A stretch of DNA of 64,000 nucleotides. It comes from Myxococcota bacterium (GTDB lineage: Bacteria; Myxococcota_A; UBA796; CAJQPC01). The notes below the pieces were generated by a model. The model saw only the letters and a list, made by a program, of their open reading frames with translations, was not told where the DNA came from and did no database searches. The stretch's first letter is position 1. Each line of letters opens with the position of its first letter. Shown here piece by piece: positions 8,117 to 16,785 of the stretch. The position numbers and the translations under genes were made by a program. The DNA lies in contig DASCPX010000027.1 in NCBI GenBank assembly GCA_036012755.1, positions 128,001-192,000 on the forward strand, in the 5' to 3' direction.

Positions 8117-9714
8117 TGCTGGTCCTCGTGGGGGCCGCGCTCGCCCAGGACCATCCCGCGGGCGAGCGCATCGACGAGGCCATCGCGGCGGTGGCAGGTG
8201 AGCAGGCCTTCGACCAGCTGGGCGGGCTCGTCAGCACCCTCGCTCCAGAGGCCATGGAGCTCGATCCCACCGGCGACGAGCAGGGCAGCGGCTGCTTCAA
8301 CTACGCGTACCTGATCGAGAACATGAAGGTCTACGTCGAGATCCTCGACACCCGGATCACGCCCGGAAGCGGCGTCCTGGATGTCGAGGTGGACGCAGAG
8401 ATCGCGGTGAACGACGCCTCTGATCCCTTCGACCTCACCATCGAGCTGTTCTGCAACGAGACCTACTGCCCCACCTACATCGACCCCTTCGAGGCGACGC
8501 TGATCACCGACATCGCGCTGACGCTGGTCGAGGACGCCGACGGCAACAAGGTGATGGACGCCACGGTCTCGCCCTTCACGCTCGACAACAAGCTCGCCAG
8601 CGAGGACATCCACCTCGACTGCAGCATCGCCACCGTCGAGACGGTGCTGAACATCTTCGGGCTGTCGCTCTACGAGCTCATCATCGGGATGCTGGAGTCC
8701 CAGCTCTCCGACCAGCTCGAGGACACGCGGGCCGACATGGAGCTGCAGATCGAGGAGGCCTTCGCGGACCTTCGGATCGAGGAGACCGTCGCCCTCGGTG
8801 ATGCCGAGCTCCTGATCCTGCTCGAGCCAGAGGACGTCCGCATCACCGAGACCGAGCTCACCCTGGTGCTGGCTGGCTCCGCAGAGGCCACCAGCGTCGC
8901 CGAGTGCATAGAAGACGACGACCCCGGCGCCAGCGTCGGCACCGTGGGCTCCGTGCCTGGCTCCGAGTCCCTGGACGGGCGCCACGCCGCCATCCTCGTG
9001 AGCGACGACTTCGGCAACCAGGCGGCCTACGCTGCCTGGCGCGGGGGCATGCTCTGCCAGAGCGTCTCCGATGGCGCCGGGCTGACCCTGGACACGTCGA
9101 TCCTCGCCGCGCTGACCGGTGGTGTCTACGAGCCGCTCTTCGACGAGCCCAAGCCGATGGTCCTGGCGATCCGGCCCCACGTGCCGCCCACGCTGGCCAC
9201 CACCGAGCCCAGCCCGGCCGTGGACCTCGAGCGCTTCGGCATGGACATGGTCGCGGAGGTAGACGACCGGATGGCCCGGGTGGTTGCGGTCGAGCTCGAC
9301 GCCCTGGTCGAGATCCCGATGAGCTTCGACGAGAACACCGGAGAGCTCGCCATCGACGTCGGAATCGACGAGGAGACCCTCGAGGTCGCCGTCGTCCACA
9401 ACGAGCTCGTCACGGGCACGGATGACGAGGTCGCCCTAGCCTTCGTCGATGGCATCGGGCCTTTCCTGGACCTCGCCATCGGCGCGCTCGCGGGCTCCCT
9501 GTCCTTCGACATGCCTGCCTTCGAGGGCATCGGCGTCACGGCCTTGGAGGCCGGCTTCTTCGACGACTGGCTCGTGATCGGCGTGGACCTGGGCGAGCCG
9601 CTGTATGAGCCCGCCTCTTGCGAGGACGGCTGCTCCGGCGGCTGTGGCGTGGGCGGAGGCCTCTCAGGGCTCCTGGCGATGTTGGCCGTCGGCCTCGTGC
9701 GCCGGCGCGAGTGA
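8116..9714 (+). CDS. paralogous secreted BPI/LBP-like protein with MYXO-CTERM-like anchor
   Basis: TGATG coupling; collinear with the previous gene (CFNY, PGxGVLD, GLSLYxLI, SDDFxNQ, EVDDRMA, VHNELVTGTD); GGC..TM..RRRE tail. Confidence 0.7.
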   Translation: MLVLVGAALAQDHPAGERIDEAIAAVAGEQAFDQLGGLVSTLAPEAMELDPTGDEQGSGCFNYAYLIENMKVYVEILDTRITPGSGVLDVEVDAEIAVNDASDPFDLTIELFCNETYCPTYIDPFEATLITDIALTLVEDADGNKVMDATVSPFTLDNKLASEDIHLDCSIATVETVLNIFGLSLYELIIGMLESQLSDQLEDTRADMELQIEEAFADLRIEETVALGDAELLILLEPEDVRITETELTLVLAGSAEATSVAECIEDDDPGASVGTVGSVPGSESLDGRHAAILVSDDFGNQAAYAAWRGGMLCQSVSDGAGLTLDTSILAALTGGVYEPLFDEPKPMVLAIRPHVPPTLATTEPSPAVDLERFGMDMVAEVDDRMARVVAVELDALVEIPMSFDENTGELAIDVGIDEETLEVAVVHNELVTGTDDEVALAFVDGIGPFLDLAIGALAGSLSFDMPAFEGIGVTALEAGFFDDWLVIGVDLGEPLYEPASCEDGCSGGCGVGGGLSGLLAMLAVGLVRRRE

Positions 9715-10305
9715 ATCCGCGAGTGACTCCACAAAGGCGCGACCTTCCTCGGTCGTGGAGAGGCTCCGCCAGACCGCCAGCTTCTCCTCTTCGTTCATGG
9801 TGTCCCAGGTCTCCGCCGCGAGGGCCATGAGCTCGCCACGGAGTTGCTCCAGCACCGCCTCGCGCCCCCCCTCCCCCCAGGGCAGACCATGGGCTTCGAG
9901 GCCCCGCACGTCCGCCTGCGGGTATTGGACGTCCAGGATCACGAGCCCCGAGAGCTTGCAGTGGTTGCGGCCCGACAGCTCGATCAGCCAGTGGCCCTCT
10001 CGGCCCTCCAGGCGGAGCTTGCGGAAGCCGCCGACATCTCCGGCTGGGGGAAGCGACAGCGGGTCTCCGATGCAGGCGCCGAGAGGCTTGGCGAGGGCCC
10101 ATCTCTTCTTGACCGCGATGGGGGGGTCCAGCAGGAGCTCCCGACCCACCGGATCGTAGAGGACCTGGTCGCCGTCCTCGGCCTGGAAGACCTCCACGGG
10201 ATCACCGCCGATGTGGCGATAGACCCGCGCCACTGGCTCCTCATCTCGGGCCTGCTGGGCGGCCTCCTCGACGGGCGCCGCGCACGCCAACAGGAGCAGA
10301 CTCAC
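9664..10305 (-). CDS. hypothetical lipoprotein
   Basis: MSLLLLAC start; 3' end overlaps the convergent gene by 51 nt. Confidence 0.6.
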   Translation of the reverse strand: MSLLLLACAAPVEEAAQQARDEEPVARVYRHIGGDPVEVFQAEDGDQVLYDPVGRELLLDPPIAVKKRWALAKPLGACIGDPLSLPPAGDVGGFRKLRLEGREGHWLIELSGRNHCKLSGLVILDVQYPQADVRGLEAHGLPWGEGGREAVLEQLRGELMALAAETWDTMNEEEKLAVWRSLSTTEEGRAFVESLADSLAPAHEADGQHRQEP

Positions 10306-10322
10306 AGCGCCGATCAGCGCTG

Positions 10323-10805
10323 TCAGTTGCGGACCAGGTTGTTGCAGTAGTCGGCGGAGAAGTACTCCGTGCTGTAGCTGCCGACGTCGTCACCGAAGGT
10401 GATGTCGAAGGAGCCCTCCATCAGGCCGTTGTCCTCCATGCTCTGGACCTGGAGGTTGCCGTCCCGACCGCGGTTCTCGACGAACGCGCCGCCCTTGACG
10501 GCCAGGGCCTTCGCGGCGACGGCGGCGTCACCGGCCACGTTGAAGTTGCCCTTCTGCGTCGCGTCCTCGTCGAAGCCGAACTGCAGCGCGACGAAGTCGA
10601 AGTCCGCGGGGGCCTCTGCCGCGTCGTAGGTGCGCCGCACGAAGCTCATGTCGTAGCAGGTGAGCTCCACATCCACGAAGATGACGAAGGGCCCCCCCCA
10701 GAGAGCGGTGAGCGGGTCGGAGACGGCGTACCCGTCGACCGTGCCGTCGATGACCGTAGCGTCAGGGCCGCAGCCGAGCATGGTGAGCGCGCTGAGCAGG
10801 AACAT
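10323..10805 (-). CDS. hypothetical lipoprotein
   Basis: AGAGGAG RBS before MFLLSALTMLGC; good codon usage. Confidence 0.7.
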   Translation of the reverse strand: MFLLSALTMLGCGPDATVIDGTVDGYAVSDPLTALWGGPFVIFVDVELTCYDMSFVRRTYDAAEAPADFDFVALQFGFDEDATQKGNFNVAGDAAVAAKALAVKGGAFVENRGRDGNLQVQSMEDNGLMEGSFDITFGDDVGSYSTEYFSADYCNNLVRN

Positions 10806-10847
10806 GCTGAAATCTCCTCTCATGGCCAGCCTAACCGGAGATTGTGG

Positions 10848-11585
10848 ATGCGGGAGAAGCTGAGGCAGCTGGGGGGCGGTGGAAAGGTCCGCCTCGACTG
10901 GACCGGACCGATCGCCTCTGTCGTGCTGGACAATCCGAAGGCCCGCAACGCGCTGACGCCGACGATGTTCGCCGAGCTTGGCGACGCCGTGGACGAGCTC
11001 GAGGACAGCGAAGGCGTCGGACTCGTCCTTCGAGGCGCCGGAGACCTCGCCTTCTGCGCCGGGGCGGACCTGGCCTTCGTGCAGGCGGCTCGGGCGAACC
11101 CGGAGACCGCCGCCGCGATGTGCGGCTACATGCATGACCTGACGCGTCGGCTGCGCGCCCTCCCCCTCGTCTCCGTAGCGGCGATCGAGGGAGGAGCCTG
11201 GGGAGGCGGAGCCGAGCTCGCTACCGCGACCGACCTCCGGGTGATGTCACGGACGGCCCGCGTCCACTTCGTGCACGCGAGGCTGGGCCTCGCTCCAGGC
11301 TGGGGAGGTGGCGTGCGGCTACCGCAGTTCGTCGGACGCGCAGGCGCGATCTCGCTGTTGTGTGCCTCCGAGCCGGCGGACGGGCAGCGTGCCCTGGAGA
11401 TGGGCCTCGTGGACCGCCTGGCCCCTCCCGGGGGCACCGTCGGCGCCGCGGAGAGCATCCTCGCGCCGATGACAGCCTGGTCAAAAGACAGCGTGCGTGC
11501 CTGCAAGCGCATGGTCGCCGCCTCCGACCAGGAGCTGGACGCAGCCTACGCAGCGGCCGCGCAGGCCTTCTGCGACCTGTGGTAG
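10848..11585 (+). CDS. crotonase-family enzyme, ethylmalonyl-CoA decarboxylase (ECHDC1)-like
   Basis: LDNPKARNAL, AFCAGADL, AWGGGAELATATDLR, FVHARLGLAPGWGGG; GGAG RBS. Confidence 0.85.
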   Translation: MREKLRQLGGGGKVRLDWTGPIASVVLDNPKARNALTPTMFAELGDAVDELEDSEGVGLVLRGAGDLAFCAGADLAFVQAARANPETAAAMCGYMHDLTRRLRALPLVSVAAIEGGAWGGGAELATATDLRVMSRTARVHFVHARLGLAPGWGGGVRLPQFVGRAGAISLLCASEPADGQRALEMGLVDRLAPPGGTVGAAESILAPMTAWSKDSVRACKRMVAASDQELDAAYAAAAQAFCDLW

Positions 11586-11586
11586 C

Positions 11587-12411
11587 TCAGTCGGCGAGCT
11601 GGTCGTCGAGGTCGGCGCCGAGCTCCCTGGTGCGCTGGTAGGCCGCGTCGATCGACTCGGTGACGACAGCCCCCATCCGGCCCTGCTTGAGGACCTGGAG
11701 GGCCCTGGAGGTGGTCCCCCCCGGAGACGTGACCGCGTCGATGAGCTCCGCGACGTGGAGCTCATCGTCACGCTCGAGCATCTCGGCCGTGCCGAGGAGG
11801 GTCGCCAGGACCGCCTCACGGCCCAGCTCGCGCGGCATTCCGATGTAGTTCGCGGCCTCCAGCAGGGACTTCACGAACTCGGCCACGATGGCGGGTCCGG
11901 TGCCGCTCACCGCGGTCGCCCGGTCCACGTGGCGCTCGTTGTCGACCACCATCTCCCGGCCCATTGTCGTGAGCACCTGACGGATCCGCTCGCCGTGCTC
12001 TCCCTCGGCTGCGGTCCAGACGGTCATGCCGCTGTGGATCCGGCATGGCAGGTTGGGCATCGCGCGGGCGATGCGCTCGTGGCGGAGCCCCGCTGCCAGC
12101 GTCGCCAGCGATGCTCCGGCGACGATCGAGAGGACCTGGGTGTCTGCGGGCAGGTGGCCACCGATGTCCGCGAAGACCTTCGCCAGGGTCTGGGGTTTCA
12201 CGGCCAGCACCAGCAGGTCGGAGCAGGCGACCACCTCGAGGTTGACCGAGGTGACCGCGATGCCGTGAGCGGACTCCAGGTGGTCGCGGCGGCTGCCGTG
12301 GGGATCGCTCGCCATCACCCTGTCCTGGCTCAGCCCGCCGTTGGAGAGGACTCCCGCGATCATGGTCTCGGCCATGACCCCAGCGCCGATGAAACCGAGA
12401 CGCCAGCTCAT
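11587..12411 (-). CDS. proC: pyrroline-5-carboxylate reductase
   Basis: GFIGAGVMA, LAVKPQ, RAMPN, TAVSGTGPA, VTSPGGTT. Confidence 0.95.
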   Translation of the reverse strand: MSWRLGFIGAGVMAETMIAGVLSNGGLSQDRVMASDPHGSRRDHLESAHGIAVTSVNLEVVACSDLLVLAVKPQTLAKVFADIGGHLPADTQVLSIVAGASLATLAAGLRHERIARAMPNLPCRIHSGMTVWTAAEGEHGERIRQVLTTMGREMVVDNERHVDRATAVSGTGPAIVAEFVKSLLEAANYIGMPRELGREAVLATLLGTAEMLERDDELHVAELIDAVTSPGGTTSRALQVLKQGRMGAVVTESIDAAYQRTRELGADLDDQLAD

Positions 12412-13718
12412 CGCTCGACGAACCGGGTGATTGAGACATCGAGATCATCCAGCTTCACGGGGGGATCCAGGAGCAGGCGACTGAGCTCGTGCCAGTCTGG
12501 GGTGTCGTCGGCCAAAAGCCCCTCGTAGTAGAGCAGCTCCGCGCCGGCAGAGACGCGGCGGTGGAGTCCGCCGCGCCCGGCGAGGTGTATTCCCATGCGC
12601 TCGACGGCGGTGGCGACACGGACCCACGCCGGGTGCCAGGGCCCCCTCCAGGCAGGGTCGTGATCCGCCAGTCGAAGGACCCGCCCTCCAGCAGCGGTGC
12701 CAGCTGGAAACCCGATCGAGGACATCGCAGAGACGACGGCGTCGGTGACGCGAGCGTCGCTGGCCGACCACAGGGGATCGCCGTCATCGAGGGCGATGTG
12801 GGCGATCGCATGACCGGCCAGGGCGTCGCCCCCCGGCAGGAGCTCCGGAAGGGAGAGACGGAAGAAGGGCGCGTCGTCGACGACGTGGATCTCTGCGGGC
12901 AGGTCTCTGCGCGACGCGATCGGAACGATGACCTGCATGCGGTGCCGGGTCTCGATGCGCGCGACGTCCATGCGGAGCCCGAGGGCGAGCTCGTCGCCGA
13001 GGTACTCGGCCAGCTCGTGCAGCGGCGCGGCAGACCAGATCTCGTCCACCTCGATCGCGCCGGAGTCGGCGAGCACGCGAGAGACCCTCCCGTCGGTGAC
13101 CTCGATGCCCTCGATGCCACAGTCGGTCTGCACCTCCAGCCCGGACGTGAGCGCGCCCCAGCCCTCCTGCGGCGAGGCGCCGACTCCAACCAGCGCCGCG
13201 TCGCGCACGAGCCCGTGGTGCTGTCGAGCGAGGTTCACGGAGGCTCCCTCGGGATCTCCAAAGCGCTTGTGGCCGTAGGGCCCGTACAAGAGCTGGTAGG
13301 CGCTGCGCCCGTAGCGCTGGACCACCCAGTCACGGTAGCTGCGCTCCTCGAACCCACCGCCCAGCAGCGTGTCCCGAGCCATGAGCCCGGCGCGGGTCCT
13401 GGTCCACTCGAGCAGCGCGCGGCTGGCCTCTCCGCCGGGGAGCATCTCGCGCAGCTGCCGGCGCGAAAACGGCAGCTCCCAGAGCCGGCCGCCACACCAC
13501 AGACCCTTGGCGTACCCGGACGCCACCGGGGCTGCTCCGGCGTGGGCGGCGATGGCGGCGGCAGCGCCCGCGACGTCCTCGCTGACACCGCGGCCGATCG
13601 GCACCTCGGGCCAGGGCAGGCCGCCCGCGTGGGCTTCGGGCTCCAGCAGCGTGGCGCCCTTCAGGCAGGAAGCGGCGAGCACACCCGAGGGTCCGCCGCC
13701 GATCACCACCTTCGCCAT
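12408..13718 (-). CDS. FAD-dependent oxidoreductase (HemY/amine oxidase/UDP-galactopyranose mutase-like)
   Basis: VIGGGPSG dinucleotide motif, EPEAHAGG, HLAGRGG; 4-nt overlap with proC. Confidence 0.7.
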   Translation of the reverse strand: MAKVVIGGGPSGVLAASCLKGATLLEPEAHAGGLPWPEVPIGRGVSEDVAGAAAAIAAHAGAAPVASGYAKGLWCGGRLWELPFSRRQLREMLPGGEASRALLEWTRTRAGLMARDTLLGGGFEERSYRDWVVQRYGRSAYQLLYGPYGHKRFGDPEGASVNLARQHHGLVRDAALVGVGASPQEGWGALTSGLEVQTDCGIEGIEVTDGRVSRVLADSGAIEVDEIWSAAPLHELAEYLGDELALGLRMDVARIETRHRMQVIVPIASRRDLPAEIHVVDDAPFFRLSLPELLPGGDALAGHAIAHIALDDGDPLWSASDARVTDAVVSAMSSIGFPAGTAAGGRVLRLADHDPAWRGPWHPAWVRVATAVERMGIHLAGRGGLHRRVSAGAELLYYEGLLADDTPDWHELSRLLLDPPVKLDDLDVSITRFVER

Positions 13719-13775
13719 CCTCACACCTCGCGCGTCTGTCCCCGTTTCGGGCGCACAGGCTAACCCGCCCGCCCA

Positions 13776-14300
13776 TCAGGCAGAACGCGGCTGGTAGATC
13801 GACAGGCCGGTCCGGCCGTAGACGCGGCGCTCGAGCAGCTCGAGTCCACCGGCACCGGGGCTCTCTTCGTCCCGACGATGCTCCAGGACGAGGCGCCAGC
13901 GAACGCGGCCCTCGAGGCTGGCGAGCACCGCGGCGACCGACTCCCCGTAGGGCGGGTCCAGCAACACGAGATCCCAGGAACCCTCTCCGATCGCCACTGG
14001 TGCGGCTCCCACACGGATCTCCAAGCGGTCCGCGAGGCCGAGCGAGCGCGCCGCCCTGCGGACGAAGGCCGCCGTCTTGGCGTTCTTCTCGACCAGGGTG
14101 GCCCGCTCGGCCCCGCGAGACAGCGCCTCGAAAGACATCAGGCCCGACCCGCCGAAGACGTCGAGCACCGAGAACCCTGTCAGGTCCTGCCCGAGCATGT
14201 TGAACAAGGCCTCGCGCACCTTCGACGACGTCGGTCGAACTCCTGGGGGGATCCGCCCCGGAACCACGCGACTTCGCAGGTCTCCACCGGTGATGCGCAC
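13776..14300 (-). CDS. rsmD: 16S rRNA m2G966 methyltransferase RsmD
   Basis: RITGG, VRPTSSKVREALFNML, EALSRGA, LDPPY; AAGGAGG RBS before GTG at 14300. Confidence 0.92.
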   Translation of the reverse strand: MRITGGDLRSRVVPGRIPPGVRPTSSKVREALFNMLGQDLTGFSVLDVFGGSGLMSFEALSRGAERATLVEKNAKTAAFVRRAARSLGLADRLEIRVGAAPVAIGEGSWDLVLLDPPYGESVAAVLASLEGRVRWRLVLEHRRDEESPGAGGLELLERRVYGRTGLSIYQPRSA

Positions 14301-14347
14301 GGCGGCCTCCTTCACACAGGTCGACTCCCGGCTTATCGTTCGCCGCG

Positions 14348-15358
14348 ATGGCCGAGAAGGACAGCTTCGACCGCTTCGTAGCCGACGAAGCAGAGAACAC
14401 CCAGTACGAGTCCCACTACCTCAAGGCGAACTCGCCCGATGGCGAGCGGGCGTTCTGGGTGAAGCACACCCTCGTCTGCGCGGGCCCGACATGGGCCGAG
14501 CGGATCTGGGAGGTCTGGTTCCTCGCCTTCGAGCGCGGTGGACGGACCTGGGTGAACAAGGCCGAGCTCCGCTGGGGACAGATGGAGGCCATCCTCGACG
14601 GCCCCTGTCTCGTCGGACCCGGCGTCCGCTTCGACCCGACCCGCTCGGTCGGCAAGCTCGGCAGCATCGAGTGGGAGCTCATCCTCGGCGGCGGTGTCGG
14701 CCCGATCCGTCACCTGCCCATCGAGGCGCTCTACCGCGGCAGGAACACCAAGGTCCTCACCCCTGCGAGCTGCCTGCGCTTCGCCGGTGAGGTCCGGCTC
14801 GGTGACGAGACCTGGCCGATCGACTCCTGGGTCGGATGCCGGGGCCACAACTGGGGCGAGGACTACGGACAGCGCTACGGTTGGGTCGCGACGCACGTCT
14901 GGGACGACGGCGCCCAGCGCTCGGTAGAGGGCTTCACGGGCCTCGCCAGCGCCCCGCTGGTCGGGCAGACCCTGGTGTCCCGCGTCATCGCGAAGGGCGC
15001 CGATACGGCCTCGTGGACTCGTCCGGGTACGTGGCCAGCGGCTCCAGGCGCCCACGCCGTCCGTTTCCAGAGCTCCGGCGGCGGCTCGCTGTCGGCAGAA
15101 GCCGCGGCGGGTGAGTTCGTCCACCTGCGCTATCGGAGCCCCAGCGGGGCCGACGTGCTGTGTCGCTGCACGAAGTTCGCGAGCGTGCGCTTCGAGGGCC
15201 CCTCGGGGGTGTCTACCTCTCGCTGCGGCGAGCTGGAGTTCGTCGATCGCGCTCTCGCCGTCCCCGAGGATGCACTGCCGCCCGCCGACTGGAAGATGTC
15301 GGAGGACGGCGTCTTCGAGAGGGTCTTCTATGGATCGACCGCCAGGTCGGCCTCGTAG
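14348..15358 (+). CDS. hypothetical protein, tocopherol-cyclase/AttH-like beta fold
   Basis: YESHYLK, IEWELIL, GCRGHNWG..Y..RYGW pattern. Confidence 0.55.
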   Translation: MAEKDSFDRFVADEAENTQYESHYLKANSPDGERAFWVKHTLVCAGPTWAERIWEVWFLAFERGGRTWVNKAELRWGQMEAILDGPCLVGPGVRFDPTRSVGKLGSIEWELILGGGVGPIRHLPIEALYRGRNTKVLTPASCLRFAGEVRLGDETWPIDSWVGCRGHNWGEDYGQRYGWVATHVWDDGAQRSVEGFTGLASAPLVGQTLVSRVIAKGADTASWTRPGTWPAAPGAHAVRFQSSGGGSLSAEAAAGEFVHLRYRSPSGADVLCRCTKFASVRFEGPSGVSTSRCGELEFVDRALAVPEDALPPADWKMSEDGVFERVFYGSTARSAS

Positions 15359-16764
15359 GAGATCACGCCGACGTCGCCTGCCAGGTCGTGGGCTCCGGTG
15401 AGGTAGGCATCGACGCTGCCGTCGCCCTTGACCGTGCCCTCGAAGGCGTCGCTGTAGGCGTCGACGACGACCTTGCCGATGACGTTGGTGCCGCTCTCCT
15501 CGGCGGACCAGGTGATCTGGAAGTCTCCGCTGCGGCCCTCGTGCTCGAGGTGGCAGACCGCCGTGAGGTAGAGGTGTCCCTTGTTCGCGACACCGTTGAC
15601 CGGTCCCGAGCAGGTCTTGGTCACGCCGTAGCGGTCAGAGGTGACGTCCGCCTCGAACCAACCGCTCTTGTCGCCATCCGCGATGGCGCCGATCGGGATC
15701 GAGCCGCCCCCGCCGCTTCCGTTGACGAGGTCGATGTAGCGATCCCAATCCCAGCCCGATCCGGGGTCCGTGTGGCAGCTCGTGCCACCACCGCCGGGGT
15801 TCGAGCAGCCCGGCACCTCGTAGTGGCCGATGATGTGGCTGCGGTCGATCGGGATTCCGTAGCGGTCGCAGATGTCGCGGGTCAGCCGCGCCGAGGCCGA
15901 GTAGAGCGCCTCCGTGTACCACTTGTCGGGCTCCGCGACGTAGCCCTCGTGCTCGATCCCGATCGAGGACTGGTTCGTGTCCCAGTGGCCGGCGTGCCAG
16001 GCGATGTCCTCTTCGTCGACCGTCTGCGTGATCTCGCCGTCAGATGACCTGACGACGTAGTGGGCGCTGGCCGAGGCCGAGGAGTTCTGGAACCAGCTGA
16101 TCGCCCCGGAGTAGCTCCCCTGGACGGTGTGGATGACGACCATGTCGACGCTGGTGCGGCTGCCGTTGGTGTAGTTCGACGAGGACGCTGGAACGAACTG
16201 AGCGATCAGCGATGAACCCGCCATCTCCTGGCGGCTGGACAAGAACGGGAAGGAGCGAGCGGCCACGGTGATGACCTCGTCGCCCTCCTCGATGACGAGC
16301 CCCCAGCTCAGGAACATGTAGACCTGAGCCGCGAAGCCCTCGGCCAGCAGCGGGTCCCGCTCACCGGAGAAGGCCGCGACGATCGGGTACCAGTCTTCGT
16401 GGGTGACGACCTCTGCCCCCCAAGCATCCTCGCGGCTGTCGGCCATCGAGGCCATCAGGGCCGCGGCGCCGCGGATGTTCTCGCAGGTGTCGAGCTCGAG
16501 CTCCTCGCTGGACACCTGGATCAGCGCGGCGGCCTTGTGGATCGACGGCGTGCTCCCGTCGACGCGGAGGTCCATGACGCCGACGCCGCCCTCTGTGCTG
16601 ATCTCCCCCGACCTGGAATCGACGCGGGTCAGGGCGTAGGAGGTGGCGATGAGGAGGTCTCGAGGGACGTCGAACTCAGCGGAGGCGTCGTCGAAGGCGA
16701 CATTCAGCGAGTGGGTGTCTGCAGACTCGGGGGTCGCGCAGGCGACCAGTGCAGCCAGGATCAT
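15328..16764 (-). CDS. N-acetylmuramoyl-L-alanine amidase (Amidase_2) lipoprotein with N-terminal SLT-like region
   Basis: VVIHTVQG, SAHYVV, AWHAG, SIGIEHEG, IIGHYEV, HTDPG; GAGGAG RBS; MILAALVAC lipobox. Confidence 0.9.
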   Translation of the reverse strand: MILAALVACATPESADTHSLNVAFDDASAEFDVPRDLLIATSYALTRVDSRSGEISTEGGVGVMDLRVDGSTPSIHKAAALIQVSSEELELDTCENIRGAAALMASMADSREDAWGAEVVTHEDWYPIVAAFSGERDPLLAEGFAAQVYMFLSWGLVIEEGDEVITVAARSFPFLSSRQEMAGSSLIAQFVPASSSNYTNGSRTSVDMVVIHTVQGSYSGAISWFQNSSASASAHYVVRSSDGEITQTVDEEDIAWHAGHWDTNQSSIGIEHEGYVAEPDKWYTEALYSASARLTRDICDRYGIPIDRSHIIGHYEVPGCSNPGGGGTSCHTDPGSGWDWDRYIDLVNGSGGGGSIPIGAIADGDKSGWFEADVTSDRYGVTKTCSGPVNGVANKGHLYLTAVCHLEHEGRSGDFQITWSAEESGTNVIGKVVVDAYSDAFEGTVKGDGSVDAYLTGAHDLAGDVGVISYEADLAVDP

Positions 16765-16785
16765 CCGGGCTCCTCGGTGCTGGCA

